NCBI GenBank assembly: GCA_037927135.1
Contig: JAXSPP010000003.1
Span: 1 to 64,000, forward strand
From: Candidatus Pampinifervens sinense
GTDB lineage: Bacteria; Aquificota; Aquificia; Aquificales; Aquificaceae
Direction: 5' to 3'
Length of the DNA: 64,000 bases
The translations under genes were made by a program, and so were the position numbers. The notes beneath the pieces are model-generated. The model did not search any database. It was not told the DNA's origin and saw only the letters and a program-made list of their open reading frames with translations. Shown here piece after piece: positions 1 to 10,699 of the stretch (positions within the stretch are counted from its first letter, which is position 1; the number at the start of each line of letters is the position of its first letter).

Positions 1-73
1 GGAATGGCAAGGCATTTTCAAGGTCTTTTAGGATTTGTTGGTAGATGCGTAGGTAAGGTGGTATAATTTCCAT
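1..73 (-). CDS. 5' end of an unknown protein, truncated by the window edge (MEIIPPYLRIYQQILKDLENALPF...)
   Basis: Minus-strand ATG at 73, GGAGGT SD at 86-81, frame open to position 1. Confidence 0.6.
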   Translation of the reverse strand, partial: MEIIPPYLRIYQQILKDLENALPF

Positions 74-75
74 GG

Positions 76-119
76 TAAAAACCTCCGATGGTTTTTAGGG
101 CTACTATTATAGTAGCCCT
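76..119 (-). promoter_or_regulatory. Two adjacent inverted repeats: an 11-bp palindrome (97-119) containing a minus-strand TATAAT, and a hairpin (76-96) over the SD
   Basis: AGGGCTACTAT-T-ATAGTAGCCCT; AAAAACC-N6-GGTTTTT. Confidence 0.55.
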
Positions 120-197
120 GCTGTCTTTTTATTGATATGGAAGGTTTAGCTTAAAGGGAATTTCTCACTCGGCGTATATTTTAAAATTATAACTGTA

Positions 198-1109
198 ATG
201 ATAGACATTAGCAAGCTGAAGACTTTTGTGGCCGTTGCAGACCTTGGAAGCTTTTCAAAGGCATCGGAGATACTATACATTACACAGCCTGCCGTAACTC
301 AGCAGATAAAAGCCCTTGAGAGGATAATAGGTGCCAAGCTATTCCAAAGGCAGGGTGGTAGGATAGTGCTCACAGAGGAGGGCAAAAGGATATACCAGAT
401 AGCCAAGAACCTCCTAAGCAGTTATGAAAACCTTATGGAGGAGATGGCCAAAATCAAGAAGGATTTCAAGGATACACTCCTCCTTGGCATTAGCACCACT
501 TTGAGCGAATACAAGGTGCCAGAACTCATAGTAGAATTCCATCAGCAGTTTCCCAACATATCGGTTAGAGTCTTGGTGGATAACTCCCAACATATAGAGG
601 AAGCCTTATCCTCCGGTGTATTGAACATAGGGATAATAGAAAGGGATCCTTCAGATAAATTTAGCTCCATAAAATGGTTTATGGATGAGATCATATTCTT
701 TACCTACCCTTCCCATCCTATAGCAAAGAAGGGTGAAATAGAACCTGAGGAGCTTTATGATCTTGACCTTATATTTAGGGAAGTGAGTTCTGGAACTAGG
801 AAGGTGGTGAAGGAGGAGCTTGAAAGGCTTGGTGTGGTCTTTGAGAAGTTGAAGATAAAGATAGAGATAAACTGTGGAAGGTCCATATTGAGCATGGTAA
901 AGAAAGGCTATGGCTGTAGCTTTCTGTCCAAAGGCCTGTTAGAAAAGGACATTCAGGAGGGTAATGTAGTGCCCGTAAAGATAAGGGGCTTTAATGCGGT
1001 AAGATGGTATTACATCATTTACCCAGAGAATGAAAAGCTTACCTTTCTAGCCAATAAGTTCATGAAGTTTTTGCTTTCTAAGACTGGATCAGAGCTTATG
1101 GTGGGATGA
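198..1109 (+). CDS. LysR-family transcriptional regulator (CysL/CbbR-like)
   Basis: N-terminal HTH SFSKASEILYITQPAVTQQIKALE followed by a substrate-binding domain. Confidence 0.93.
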   Translation: MIDISKLKTFVAVADLGSFSKASEILYITQPAVTQQIKALERIIGAKLFQRQGGRIVLTEEGKRIYQIAKNLLSSYENLMEEMAKIKKDFKDTLLLGISTTLSEYKVPELIVEFHQQFPNISVRVLVDNSQHIEEALSSGVLNIGIIERDPSDKFSSIKWFMDEIIFFTYPSHPIAKKGEIEPEELYDLDLIFREVSSGTRKVVKEELERLGVVFEKLKIKIEINCGRSILSMVKKGYGCSFLSKGLLEKDIQEGNVVPVKIRGFNAVRWYYIIYPENEKLTFLANKFMKFLLSKTGSELMVG

Positions 1110-1774
1110 AGAAAGGTGTCATCTTTGATGTGGATGGAGTTGTAGTGGATGTAAGCCAATCCTACCATTATGCCATAAAGTACACGGCGGAGCATTTCTT
1201 AGGAAGGGAAGTGTCTTTGGAGGAGGCCATAAGTATAAAGTTTTCCAAAGGTATAAACAACGATTGGCTTGCCACCCTTGAGGTCATAAGGGAATACGGT
1301 GGAGAGGCAAGGCTGGAGGATGTAATAGAGGTCTTTAACCGTTTTTATCTTTCTTTGAGGGATAAGGAAAGGCTTTTGCTACAGAGGGAATTCTTTGAAA
1401 GGTTAAAGGCCATGGGCTACCCCCTAGGCATAGTTACTGGAAGACCTAGGGAAGACCTTTTTTACCTTCTGGAGAGGTTCAACCTTTCCCCCTATTTTGA
1501 TTTCATAGTGGATGAGGACAGCATACCTCAAGAGGAGTTAAGAAAGCCACATCCCTATGCCCTTCACCTTTGTGTGGAAGCCCTAGACCTTGACGGTGGT
1601 GTCTATGTGGGAGATAGCCTTGCAGACTGGCAGATGCTGAAGGATTACAGGAGAATGTATGCAAAGCCCTTTGAGTATATACATGTGGGAGAAAGGTGTG
1701 CTCCTCAAGGTGTCAGGATTGCCTCTCATCACGATCTTTTTCAAGTTCTTCAAGAGGCCTTGCAGAATCTATAA
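1106..1774 (+). CDS. HAD-superfamily IA hydrolase (TIGR01548-like)
   Basis: FDVDGVVVDVSQSY motif I, NNDW, VTGRP, KPHP, VGDS. Confidence 0.85.
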   Translation: MKKGVIFDVDGVVVDVSQSYHYAIKYTAEHFLGREVSLEEAISIKFSKGINNDWLATLEVIREYGGEARLEDVIEVFNRFYLSLRDKERLLLQREFFERLKAMGYPLGIVTGRPREDLFYLLERFNLSPYFDFIVDEDSIPQEELRKPHPYALHLCVEALDLDGGVYVGDSLADWQMLKDYRRMYAKPFEYIHVGERCAPQGVRIASHHDLFQVLQEALQNL

Positions 1775-1913
1775 GAAGTATGGGTATATCCTCCTCTATC
1801 GGATAAAAAACTCTACAGCTGTTGCATATGAGCACATTCCTTTCCTTGTCATAAACTAGGTCCCCTTTGCACTTAGGACAAGCCAGTATTTCTAAAAGCT
1901 CCTTACTTATCAT
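1713..1913 (-). CDS. Trm112-like / UPF0434 protein
   Basis: LLEILACPKCKGDL...C..C..YPIEEDIPILL signature. Confidence 0.9.
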   Translation of the reverse strand: MISKELLEILACPKCKGDLVYDKERNVLICNSCRVFYPIEEDIPILLIDSARPLEELEKDRDERQS

Positions 1914-1915
1914 CC

Positions 1916-2917
1916 TTACCCTCCTATCTTAAACATCTCAATCTTCTTTGGCACAATACCTTCTCTTAACATCTCTAGCCTTTTTTCTGAGTATCTGTCC
2001 TCCCTTTTTGACCAAACCTCTAGGACAAACCCCCTTATCTCCTCCTCACTAGCCCCAGACCTTATAAGACCTTTCACATCGTATCCTTCCTGTGCAAAAA
2101 GGCAGGTAAGGATTTTCCCATCGGCCGTCAGCCTTAGCCTGTTGCAATCTCCGCAGAAGGGCTGTGTTATAGAAGATATAAAGCCCACTTCCACACCATC
2201 ATCCACATACCTATACCTTTCTGCCACCTCCCCCCTGTAGCTTTTTCCTACAGGCTCAAGCTCAAAGTGCTTCATCAAAAGGTCAAGCATCTCTTTTACT
2301 GAGACCACTTTGTCTAGCGACCATCCGTTAAGATTCCCCACATCCATAAACTCTATAAACCTAACTATTACACCCATTCCTTTAAAAAACCTAGCTATAT
2401 CCACAATCTCCCCATCGTTCACACCTTTTACCACACACACATTAACCTTAACAGGTCTTAGGCCCACCCTTAGGGCCTCCTCTATACCCTCAATTATGCG
2501 GGAGACCTTCACCTCCCTTCCCACAAGCCTTGATAAAACATCGTCCCTTAAGGATGGTAGGCTAACCGTAATCCTCTTGAGGCCTGCACTCTTAAGCACC
2601 TCAGCCTTCTCCTTCAAAAGGTAGCCATTGGTAGTGAGGCTAAGGTCCTCTATAGGAAGCTCAGACAACATACCTATTAGCACTTCAATCTTTTTTCTCA
2701 AAAGGGGCTCTCCACCCGTCAGCCTCACCTTTTTTATCCCCAAAGGTATCAAAGCCTTGACAAACTTTGTTATCTCTTCAAAGGTAAGGATCTCTTCCCG
2801 CCTGAAAAACTCGTATTCATACCCATCGGGCATACAAAAACTGCATCTAAAATTGCACCTGTCTGTTACAGATATCCTCAGGTCCCTTAGCTCCCTTCCA
2901 AGCCTATCAAGTATCAT
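1916..2917 (-). CDS. moaA: GTP 3',8-cyclase
   Basis: CNFRCSFC radical-SAM motif, [10 protein letters not shown]-terminal IGG; ATG at 2917 overlaps the moaE stop. Confidence 0.95.
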   Translation of the reverse strand: MILDRLGRELRDLRISVTDRCNFRCSFCMPDGYEYEFFRREEILTFEEITKFVKALIPLGIKKVRLTGGEPLLRKKIEVLIGMLSELPIEDLSLTTNGYLLKEKAEVLKSAGLKRITVSLPSLRDDVLSRLVGREVKVSRIIEGIEEALRVGLRPVKVNVCVVKGVNDGEIVDIARFFKGMGVIVRFIEFMDVGNLNGWSLDKVVSVKEMLDLLMKHFELEPVGKSYRGEVAERYRYVDDGVEVGFISSITQPFCGDCNRLRLTADGKILTCLFAQEGYDVKGLIRSGASEEEIRGFVLEVWSKREDRYSEKRLEMLREGIVPKKIEMFKIGG

Positions 2918-3336
2918 GCTCCAAGCACCCACTCACCCTTTCCATCCTTAAACACTTCCTTCTTCCATATGGGCACTCTCTTTTTTACCTCATCCACCAC
3001 ATACCTGCAAGCCTTAAAGCTCTCCTCTCTGTGTCCTCCAAAGACAACAACCATAAAGGAAGGCTCGCCCACTTTGACCACACCAAGCCTATGATGTATG
3101 AATATTTCCTTTACTGGAAAGCTTTTTAAAGCCTCCTCCCTTATCTGCTCCATAACCCTTATGGCCATCTCTGGAAAGGCTTCATAGTGAAGCTCCACCA
3201 CATCACCATCTTCTGGAGCAGACCTTGCTATACCCAAAAAGACCACACCAGCTCCACACTCCTGAGGCACCTGATAGCTTGCAAGCACCCTCTCTGCCCC
3301 TATCCATTCCACACCTAGATAAACCCTTGGAATCAT
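2914..3336 (-). CDS. moaE: Molybdopterin synthase catalytic subunit
   Basis: [24 protein letters not shown]; start placed at ATG 3336. Confidence 0.92.
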   Translation of the reverse strand: MIPRVYLGVEWIGAERVLASYQVPQECGAGVVFLGIARSAPEDGDVVELHYEAFPEMAIRVMEQIREEALKSFPVKEIFIHHRLGVVKVGEPSFMVVVFGGHREESFKACRYVVDEVKKRVPIWKKEVFKDGKGEWVLGA

Positions 3337-3369
3337 AGGTATAATTATAGGATACTTTCTTGATTGCAC

Positions 3370-4386
3370 ATGTCAAGGGCCTTGTTGATAATAAAAAGGG
3401 ATAGCCTCAAAGAGAATGTAAAAAGGATCTACGCATACACTCAAAAGCCTATCATAGCGGTGGTAAAGGCGGATGCCTACGGAGTAGGAGCCATATATGT
3501 CAGCTCAATCCTTGAGGGTTTTGATGAAGTTTCAGCCTTTGCTGTGGCCTGTGTGGAAGAGGGAATAGAGCTAAGAAGAGCTGGCATAAAGAAGAAGATA
3601 CTTGTATTAGGTGGTGTTCTAAAGGGTGAAGCAAAGGCCTTTTTGGAATACAACCTTACTCCAGTGGTCTCCCACAGGGAGCATCTTGAGGCCCTTGAGG
3701 GTCTAAACATACCCATACAGGTAAAGTATGATACAGGCATGGGAAGGCTTGGCTTTTTGGAGGAGCTTGTGGAGGATGAAAGGGTAGAAGGCATCCTTAG
3801 CCACCTTTCAAGCCCCTTAGACAGGGATTTTTCCATGCTTCAGATAGAGAGGTTTGAGAAGATAGTCAAAAGATATTCCAACCTCAAATACATACACATG
3901 GAGAGCTCGGCAGGAGTGGTCTACAGAATACCCTTCACAACCCATATAAGGGTAGGCCTTGCCCTTTATGGAGAAAAACCCATGCAGGACTATCCTATTG
4001 AGCTAAGAAGAGCCCTTGAGCTAAAGGCAAGGATAATATCCATAAAGGACCTTCCTGCTGGCTTTCCCATATCCTACTCAAGGACCTATATAACAGAGAA
4101 GCCCACAAGGGTTGGGGTGGTGGCCTTTGGTTATGCGGACGGCCTTATGAAGAGCCTCTCAAACAAGGCCTTCCTTTACTACAATGGAAGGCCTATAAAA
4201 ATCCTTGGCAACATTACCATGGACATGACCATGGTGGACCTGACCGGCACAGAGGCCAAGGTGGGAGACTGGGTGGAGATTGTGGGAGAAAACCAAAGTT
4301 TTACAGACCTTGCCAAGCTGGCGGGAACCATACCTTATGAGCTTATGACCAATCTTTCCTCAAGGATAAGGAGGCAGGTATGCTGA
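3370..4386 (+). CDS. alr: Alanine racemase
   Basis: AVVKADAYG (PLP lysine), [18 protein letters not shown]. Confidence 0.95.
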   Translation: MSRALLIIKRDSLKENVKRIYAYTQKPIIAVVKADAYGVGAIYVSSILEGFDEVSAFAVACVEEGIELRRAGIKKKILVLGGVLKGEAKAFLEYNLTPVVSHREHLEALEGLNIPIQVKYDTGMGRLGFLEELVEDERVEGILSHLSSPLDRDFSMLQIERFEKIVKRYSNLKYIHMESSAGVVYRIPFTTHIRVGLALYGEKPMQDYPIELRRALELKARIISIKDLPAGFPISYSRTYITEKPTRVGVVAFGYADGLMKSLSNKAFLYYNGRPIKILGNITMDMTMVDLTGTEAKVGDWVEIVGENQSFTDLAKLAGTIPYELMTNLSSRIRRQVC

Positions 4387-4979
4387 TCACCTTTGAAGGC
4401 ATTGACGGTTCTGGAAAGACCACGCAGGCAAAAAGGCTTTATGAACATCTCAAAGGCCTTGGCTATAAGGTATCCCTTTATAGGGACCCTGGCTCTACAG
4501 AGCTGGCAGAAAGGATAAGGGAGCTAATCCTTAGCTTTGAAGCAGATCCCATTACAGAGCTTTTACTCTTTGAGTGCGCAAGGTCCAGCCTTATGTGGGA
4601 GAGGATACTTCCAGACCTAAGGGAAGGTAAGGTGGTGATAGTGGACAGGTTTATAGACTCTACGGTGGCCTACCAGGGCTACGGAAGGGAGATAAACCTT
4701 GGCACGGTAAACATCCTAAACCACATAGCCACAAGAGGAAGAAGGCCAGATATTACCTTTTTGCTAAATGTGCCTTTAGAAGTGGCCTTAGAAAGGATAA
4801 AGGGCAAAAGGACGCGCTTTGAGGACGGGGATTATCTGAGAAGGGTAAGGGATGCTTACATACTTATAGCCCACGAGCAAAAGGATAGGATAGTTATGCT
4901 GGATGGGACAAAGAGTGAGGAGGAGGTCTTTAGGGATGTTTTAAAGGTTTTAAAAGAGAGGTTTGGGCTTGATTTATAA
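4380..4979 (+). CDS. tmk: Thymidylate kinase
   Basis: FEGIDGSGKTT, DRFIDSTVAYQG. Confidence 0.95.
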   Translation: MLITFEGIDGSGKTTQAKRLYEHLKGLGYKVSLYRDPGSTELAERIRELILSFEADPITELLLFECARSSLMWERILPDLREGKVVIVDRFIDSTVAYQGYGREINLGTVNILNHIATRGRRPDITFLLNVPLEVALERIKGKRTRFEDGDYLRRVRDAYILIAHEQKDRIVMLDGTKSEEEVFRDVLKVLKERFGLDL

Positions 4980-4999
4980 TCTATCTTGGAGGTGTGGCC

Positions 5000-5359
5000 A
5001 TGCAGGAGTGCATCTTTTGCAAGATAGTAAGGAAGGAGGTGCCTTCAAAGGGGGTCTATGAGGATGAACTTGTTTATGCCTTCCATGATATTAACCCAGT
5101 GGCACCTACTCATATATTGATAGTGCCCAAAAAACACATAGTTGGTATTCAAAGCCTTGAGCCAGAGGACAAGGAGTTGGTAGGGCATATGTTCTATGTG
5201 GCAAGAAGGCTTGGTGAAGAGCTGGGCTATGCGCCCGATGAGAGTTTAAACAAGGGCTACAGGCTTGTTTTTAACGTAGGAAGGGATGCGGGCCAGAGCG
5301 TCTTCCACCTTCACCTTCACTTTATAGCAGGTCGTAGGATGGAGTGGCCACCGGGATGA
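5000..5359 (+). CDS. hinT: HIT-family nucleotide hydrolase (HinT)
   Basis: CIFCKI, GQSVFHLHLH; SD GGAGGTG. Confidence 0.9.
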   Translation: MQECIFCKIVRKEVPSKGVYEDELVYAFHDINPVAPTHILIVPKKHIVGIQSLEPEDKELVGHMFYVARRLGEELGYAPDESLNKGYRLVFNVGRDAGQSVFHLHLHFIAGRRMEWPPG

Positions 5360-6294
5360 TCTCCTTTAGGGACTGGATGGCCCATGCGGTAAGGGAATAC
5401 TACCAGTCTGACTTTAGAAAGGACTTTTTTACTGCGCCAGAGCTGGACAGAGCCTTTGGCTACGCCTTGGCAGAATATTTAGCCAGTTTGATAAAGGATT
5501 ATGAAAAGCCAGTCCTTTTTGAGCTTGGTGGTGGCAGTGGCGCTTTGGCCTATGATGTTTTAACTTATCTAAAAGAAAAGGAGCCAAGCCTTTTTGAAAG
5601 AGTAAGCTACTACATATACGACTTTAGCCCAAGGCTTGTAGAGCTTCAAAAAAGAAAGCTAAAAGATTTTGAAGAAAAGGTCTTTTGGACGGAAAACTTT
5701 TTTCCTATGCGTGGTGTGGTCTTTTCCAATGAGTTTTTTGACTGCCTTCCTGTGCATGTAATAAAGGAGGGGAAAGAGCTTTTCCTTGATGGTGAGAGGG
5801 AAGTGTGGCAAGAGATCTCTTATGAGCCTTTGAAGGATGTTCTTAGTAGGATGGGCTATGAAGGGCTTTCGCAGGTGGTGGAGGTATGTCTTGATTGCAT
5901 AGACTTTTTAAAAATCATAGCTGAAAACCTTTTGGAGGGCTATCACATCGTAATAGACTATGGATATACAACACAAGAGATGGCCAGGTTTCCAGAGGGG
6001 ACTGTGGTGGGCTACAAGGAACACAGGTTTTATAACAGGCCTTCCCTTGGCATGGATATAACTTCTCACGTGAACTTTTCCTTGCTTGAAGAGTATGGCA
6101 AAGATTTTGGGCTAAAGAGGGAGGCTTTTATAAGCCTTAGGGACTTTCTGCTGAAAAGCCCAGTTTTTTTACAAGAGCTTGAAAAGCTTAGCCTCTCTGA
6201 GTCTCCAGAGGATATAGAGAGGCTCTCCCGCCTAAAGACTCTTCTTATAAGCATGGGAGAGCGGTTTAGAGTCCTTGTGCAGAAAAAGCTATAG
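5356..6294 (+). CDS. SAM-dependent methyltransferase, MidA/NDUFAF7 (DUF185) family
   Basis: DFFTAPEL, ELGGGSG, SNEFFDCLP, IDYG, DITSHVNF. Confidence 0.88.
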   Translation: MISFRDWMAHAVREYYQSDFRKDFFTAPELDRAFGYALAEYLASLIKDYEKPVLFELGGGSGALAYDVLTYLKEKEPSLFERVSYYIYDFSPRLVELQKRKLKDFEEKVFWTENFFPMRGVVFSNEFFDCLPVHVIKEGKELFLDGEREVWQEISYEPLKDVLSRMGYEGLSQVVEVCLDCIDFLKIIAENLLEGYHIVIDYGYTTQEMARFPEGTVVGYKEHRFYNRPSLGMDITSHVNFSLLEEYGKDFGLKREAFISLRDFLLKSPVFLQELEKLSLSESPEDIERLSRLKTLLISMGERFRVLVQKKL

Positions 6295-7794
6295 TGCCCT
6301 CAGCTCAAGCTCATACACATCTCCCCTGTTCTGTATGGCAAGGGTTCCAGTCCTTCCGGTGATTACAAGGATCCTTCCATCCTTTGTGGTAAGCACGGTC
6401 TGAATGGCTTCTTCAAAGTTCCCACCCCTCAAGGGCTTTATAAAGATAAGGTCCTTGCGCTTTTCACCCAATATGAAAAGCTCACCCCTGCTGTACTTTA
6501 AAATGTCCAAAAACCTCTGGATTACACCCGCATGGTTCTTTATCACAAAGGCCATAGGCATGTTTAGAAATTGGGCCTTTGTTCCCTTAGGATTGAATAC
6601 AAAGTTTATCTTTCCCTGTTCAAAGGGTATCTCTACAAAGGTGTAAGAGCCACCAAAGCCCTCCTCCGTTGAAAACACCTCACCATCACCTTTAAAGACC
6701 CTCACCCTTCCTGTGCTGTCGGTAAATACAAGATAATTGCCAAAGTAAAAGGCGCTGTCTATTCTAAAACCCCTTGGTGCAAGAAAGGCTCCAACCTCCT
6801 TTAGACCATCCCTCTCCAAAGAAAGCCTCACGCTTTGGCCAAAGCTTTCCCTAAAGCTATACCTCTGGCCCACAAAGCTATCCTTGGGCCTCTCCTTGTC
6901 CAAAACACCCATTATGTATGGCACGTTTCTTACCACTGGCACCAGGCTATCGCCTACGGCTTTAAGGATGAGGGAGCTTGCGCTATCGCCAGAGACCATG
7001 TTTACAATTACATAGTCTTGATTTCCTTCTCCTATCTTGCCACACTGTAGCCCAACGGGCACGCCAGCGGGCAGGCTATAGTCAAACCTCTTTACAAGGT
7101 CGTTCTTTAAAAGTTCGTAGGCCTCAAGCCTGCCAGAATAAAGTACCAAAAGAAACTCCTTTCCAGTGCCCGTAAGGTCGCAAAGGTCTGCGGACAAGGG
7201 TAAAGAAGGCAAAGACCTAAGAAGCTTAGACTTAGCAAGAAGGTTTATATCCTCCAGCCTTGCCCTCTCTATGCCAAGGGTGGGGCCCTGCCCTCTAAAG
7301 AAGGCTACAGGACTGCCCTTATACTCTACACCTATGCCATCGCTCAGCTCCTTTATGTCATAAGTGCAAGCCCTTCCCCTCTTTAGCTCTGGAAGAAGGG
7401 CCTTTAGCTTAAAGAAGAGTTCTTCACCACCGTCAAAGCATACACTTTCTACTCTTAGCCTTATTCTATCTCCATCCTTGGCAGAGCCTTCCAAAAGCCT
7501 CCCATAAGAAAAGCCTTCTTGCACCTCTTCAATCCTTATCTTTCCAACCCTTTCCCTCTCCTTCCCTATCACCTGTTTTGTAATAGGATGGACTATCTCC
7601 TTCCCTTCCCTTACCACATCAAACTCTTCTCCAGGTCTTACCTTGTCTTTCCCAAGGTCTACAAGCACCCTTTGGCCTTCCACCTTTACCACATAGCCCT
7701 CCCTGCCAAAGAAATCCCTTACCTTATCAAGGGCTTCTTGCGCCTTGACATTCAAAGAGAGGAAAAGTATAAGTGTTAAGATAAGCCTTCCCAT
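6289..7794 (-). CDS. Exported protein with an N-terminal FlgT-C-like beta domain and a VCBS/FG-GAP-like repeat region
   Basis: Signal peptide; [13 protein letters not shown]....VRPG..F.V...[24 protein letters not shown]. Confidence 0.6.
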   Translation of the reverse strand: MGRLILTLILFLSLNVKAQEALDKVRDFFGREGYVVKVEGQRVLVDLGKDKVRPGEEFDVVREGKEIVHPITKQVIGKERERVGKIRIEEVQEGFSYGRLLEGSAKDGDRIRLRVESVCFDGGEELFFKLKALLPELKRGRACTYDIKELSDGIGVEYKGSPVAFFRGQGPTLGIERARLEDINLLAKSKLLRSLPSLPLSADLCDLTGTGKEFLLVLYSGRLEAYELLKNDLVKRFDYSLPAGVPVGLQCGKIGEGNQDYVIVNMVSGDSASSLILKAVGDSLVPVVRNVPYIMGVLDKERPKDSFVGQRYSFRESFGQSVRLSLERDGLKEVGAFLAPRGFRIDSAFYFGNYLVFTDSTGRVRVFKGDGEVFSTEEGFGGSYTFVEIPFEQGKINFVFNPKGTKAQFLNMPMAFVIKNHAGVIQRFLDILKYSRGELFILGEKRKDLIFIKPLRGGNFEEAIQTVLTTKDGRILVITGRTGTLAIQNRGDVYELELRAL

Positions 7795-8870
7795 AGCTCC
7801 TCCACAGCTTTTATTATAGCCTCTGTCATACCTTCTGTGCCCACTTTTATACAGCCTTCGCTGTATATATCGGGCGTTCTATAACCTTTTTCTAGCACAA
7901 TTTCCACAGCCCTGTCTATTATATCCGCCTCCCTTTTTAGACCAAAGGAATACCTTAGCATCATGCTGGCGGAAAGTATGGTGGCAATGGGGTTTGCTAT
8001 GCCCTTGCCAGCTATATCGGGTGCAGAGCCATGCACCGGCTCATAAAGGGCATATCTGTCTCCCAAGCTTGCGGAAGGAAGCATGCCAAGGCTTCCGGTG
8101 ATGACGGCCGCCTCATCGGAGAGTATGTCTCCAAAGATGTTGCCCGTTACTATCACATCAAAGGAAGAAGGTCTTTTTACTATCTGCATGGCGCAGTTGT
8201 CCACATAGAGGTGTTCCACCTCCACCTCTGGATAGTTCTTTGCCTCCTCTTCCACCACGCTCCTCCAAAGACCACTAACCTCTAGCACGTTGGACTTGTC
8301 CACGCTTGTGAGCTTTTTCTTCCTTTGAAGAGCCACTTCAAAGGCCTTTCTTACCACCCTCCTTATCTCATCTTCTGTGTACCTCATGGTGTTTATCCCT
8401 ACCCTCTTGCCATTCTCAATGAATATGCCCCTTGGCTCTCCATAATATACATCTCCAGTCAGCTCTCTTACCACAATAAAGTCTGTACCCCTTGCCACCT
8501 CCTCCTTTAGGGGTGAGGAGCTTATGAGGGGTTCATAGACCTTTGCGGGCCTCAGATTAGCATAAAGGTCAAGGGCCTTTCTTATGCCAAGGAGTCCCTT
8601 TTCCGGCCTTTTGTCTGTAGGAAGGTTGTCCCACTTGGGGCCACCTACCGCACCAAGGAGCACCGCATCAGCCTTGAGGCAAAGGTCCAAGGTCTCCTGT
8701 GGCAAGGGTGTGCCCTTTTGGTCTATGGCACAGCCGCCTATGAGGGCCTTTTCAAAGACAAAGTCCACACCTGAGAGCTCTCCAATTCTTCTTAAAACCC
8801 TTAGGGCAGAGGATACCACCTCTGGGCCTATACCATCACCCTCCAAGACCGCTACCTTGAAAGTAGGCAT
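7776..8870 (-). CDS. leuB: 3-isopropylmalate dehydrogenase
   Basis: [39 protein letters not shown]; start at ATG 8870. Confidence 0.95.
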   Translation of the reverse strand: MPTFKVAVLEGDGIGPEVVSSALRVLRRIGELSGVDFVFEKALIGGCAIDQKGTPLPQETLDLCLKADAVLLGAVGGPKWDNLPTDKRPEKGLLGIRKALDLYANLRPAKVYEPLISSSPLKEEVARGTDFIVVRELTGDVYYGEPRGIFIENGKRVGINTMRYTEDEIRRVVRKAFEVALQRKKKLTSVDKSNVLEVSGLWRSVVEEEAKNYPEVEVEHLYVDNCAMQIVKRPSSFDVIVTGNIFGDILSDEAAVITGSLGMLPSASLGDRYALYEPVHGSAPDIAGKGIANPIATILSASMMLRYSFGLKREADIIDRAVEIVLEKGYRTPDIYSEGCIKVGTEGMTEAIIKAVEELWEGLS

Positions 8871-8892
8871 AGGCTGTATTATACTAAACCTT
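8871..8892. promoter_or_regulatory. Overlapping divergent -10 boxes for leuB and ffh
   Basis: TATACT (8880-8885, +) and TATAAT (8883-8878, -), each 7 nt from an ATG. Confidence 0.65.
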
Positions 8893-10209
8893 ATGCTTGA
8901 GTTGCTAACAGAAAAGCTAAGCAAAGCCCTTGGAAGGATAAGGGATACAAGAAAGCTTACAGAAAAGCAAGTAAATGACATTCTCAGAGACATACGCACA
9001 GCCCTTATAGAGGCCGATGTGGATTACGATGTGGTAAAGAGCTTTATAAAGAGGGTGAGGGAAAGGGCTCTAAAGGAGGACCTTACCAAAAGTCCATCGC
9101 CTCAGGACAGCTTCCTGCTCACCATATACGAAGAGCTTGTAAACACCCTCGGCGGAGAAAAGCAGGATCTTAAAAAGGGTGTGGTTCTATTTGTGGGACT
9201 TCAGGGAACTGGTAAAACTACCACCATAGCCAAGATAGCCAACTATTTGAAAGAAAAGGGTTTCAAAGTTGCCGTGAGCTCTACAGACATAAGGCGCCCC
9301 GCTGCCATGCTCCAGCTTCAAAGGTTGGCGGAAAAGATAGGCGTGCCTTACTATGGCTTTGAGGAAGGCCTTAGTGCCGTGGAGATAACCAAAAGGGCTG
9401 TAGAGAGGGCAAGGTTGGAAGGTGTGGATTATCTCCTTTTGGACACGGCAGGAAGGTTGCATATAGATGAGGATCTTATGGAAGAGCTAAAGAAGATAAA
9501 AGAAGTAGCGAGGCCTTCTGAGGTCATATATGTGGCCGACGCCATGCAGGGACAGTCTGCCCTTGGTGCTGCAAAGGCCTTTCATGAGGCCCTTGAACTA
9601 ACTGGCCTTGTGCTCACTAAGATGGACGGTGATGCGAGGGGTGGTGTGGCCCTGTCCGTTAAAGAGGCCCTTGGTGTAAACGTAAAGTTCATAGGTGTGG
9701 GTGAGAAGATAGAGGACATTGAACCTTTCTATCCAGACAGGATAGCTCAAAGGATACTAGGCCTTGGAGACATACAGACCCTTGTGGAAAAGGCACAGCA
9801 GGCCATTCCAGAGGATGAGGCACAGGCTCTAGCCCTTAAGGTCCTAAAGGGTGAATTTGACCTTGAGGATATGTTGAAGCAGATAAGGTTTATAAAGAGT
9901 ATGGGACCTCTTGACAAACTCCTAAGTATGCTTCCGGGCATCGGGGCCCAGCTAAAAAATATTAAAGTAGATGAAGAAAAGCTTAAAAAGACGGAGGCCA
10001 TAATTCTTTCTATGACAAAGCAGGAAAGGAGAAACCCAAAGATAATAAACCTCAGTAGGAAGCAGAGGATAGCAAAAGGAAGTGGCACTACAATCTCGGA
10101 CGTAAACAGAGTTCTAAAGGAGTATGAGGAGATGAAAAAGATTATAAGAAAGCTAAGGGGCATGCAAGGCCTTCCTAGGCTACCTAAGTTTCCCTTCCCC
10201 TTCAAATGA
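8893..10209 (+). CDS. ffh: Signal recognition particle protein
   Basis: [26 protein letters not shown] domain; start MLELL at 8893. Confidence 0.96.
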   Translation: MLELLTEKLSKALGRIRDTRKLTEKQVNDILRDIRTALIEADVDYDVVKSFIKRVRERALKEDLTKSPSPQDSFLLTIYEELVNTLGGEKQDLKKGVVLFVGLQGTGKTTTIAKIANYLKEKGFKVAVSSTDIRRPAAMLQLQRLAEKIGVPYYGFEEGLSAVEITKRAVERARLEGVDYLLLDTAGRLHIDEDLMEELKKIKEVARPSEVIYVADAMQGQSALGAAKAFHEALELTGLVLTKMDGDARGGVALSVKEALGVNVKFIGVGEKIEDIEPFYPDRIAQRILGLGDIQTLVEKAQQAIPEDEAQALALKVLKGEFDLEDMLKQIRFIKSMGPLDKLLSMLPGIGAQLKNIKVDEEKLKKTEAIILSMTKQERRNPKIINLSRKQRIAKGSGTTISDVNRVLKEYEEMKKIIRKLRGMQGLPRLPKFPFPFK

Positions 10210-10662
10210 CGGACAATCTACACCCATCTCTTTTATAGATCTCTCTATCATATACCTAGTTTCTTCATACTCCTTTTTCTTTCTTTCCTTTAGAGCTTCC
10301 TTTATGAGGCCATAGGCCTCGCAATGTCTTCCCTGCCTGCTCAAAGTGTAGGCCAGATTGTTCAGTATGTCCGCATCCCTTCTTATCTGGAGAGCCCTCC
10401 TATAGTGCTCTTCCGCCTCCTCCCACTCTCCCCTTTTTGCATAAACATTTCCGAGATTAAAGTAGGCCAGCCAATTCTTTTTGTCCTTTCTTATAGCCTT
10501 TTTGTATTCCTTCTCTGCAAGGTCCAGCTTTCCTTGCCTTTCATATATATACCCTAAATCCACATGCTCTTGAGAAGAGAGGGTATCCTTTAGAACCACT
10601 ATGGTGGGCATGGAACAGGAAAAGAGAAGTAAGCTCAAAAGGAAGGCAGGGACTTTTCTCAT
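10180..10662 (-). CDS. TPR lipoprotein
   Basis: LLFSC lipobox; TPR repeats (AYFNLGNVY, ILNNLAY). Confidence 0.8.
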   Translation of the reverse strand: MRKVPAFLLSLLLFSCSMPTIVVLKDTLSSQEHVDLGYIYERQGKLDLAEKEYKKAIRKDKKNWLAYFNLGNVYAKRGEWEEAEEHYRRALQIRRDADILNNLAYTLSRQGRHCEAYGLIKEALKERKKKEYEETRYMIERSIKEMGVDCPSFEGEGKLR

Positions 10663-10699
10663 TAAGTATTATGTTATAATAAGGAAGGAGGTTTGTAAG

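Noticed and set aside
8584-8892. 103-aa N-terminal extension of Ffh (and the 42-aa extension of LeuB) in the ORF track
   Set aside because: These are antisense read-through of the divergent gene; conserved N-termini start at 8893 and 8870
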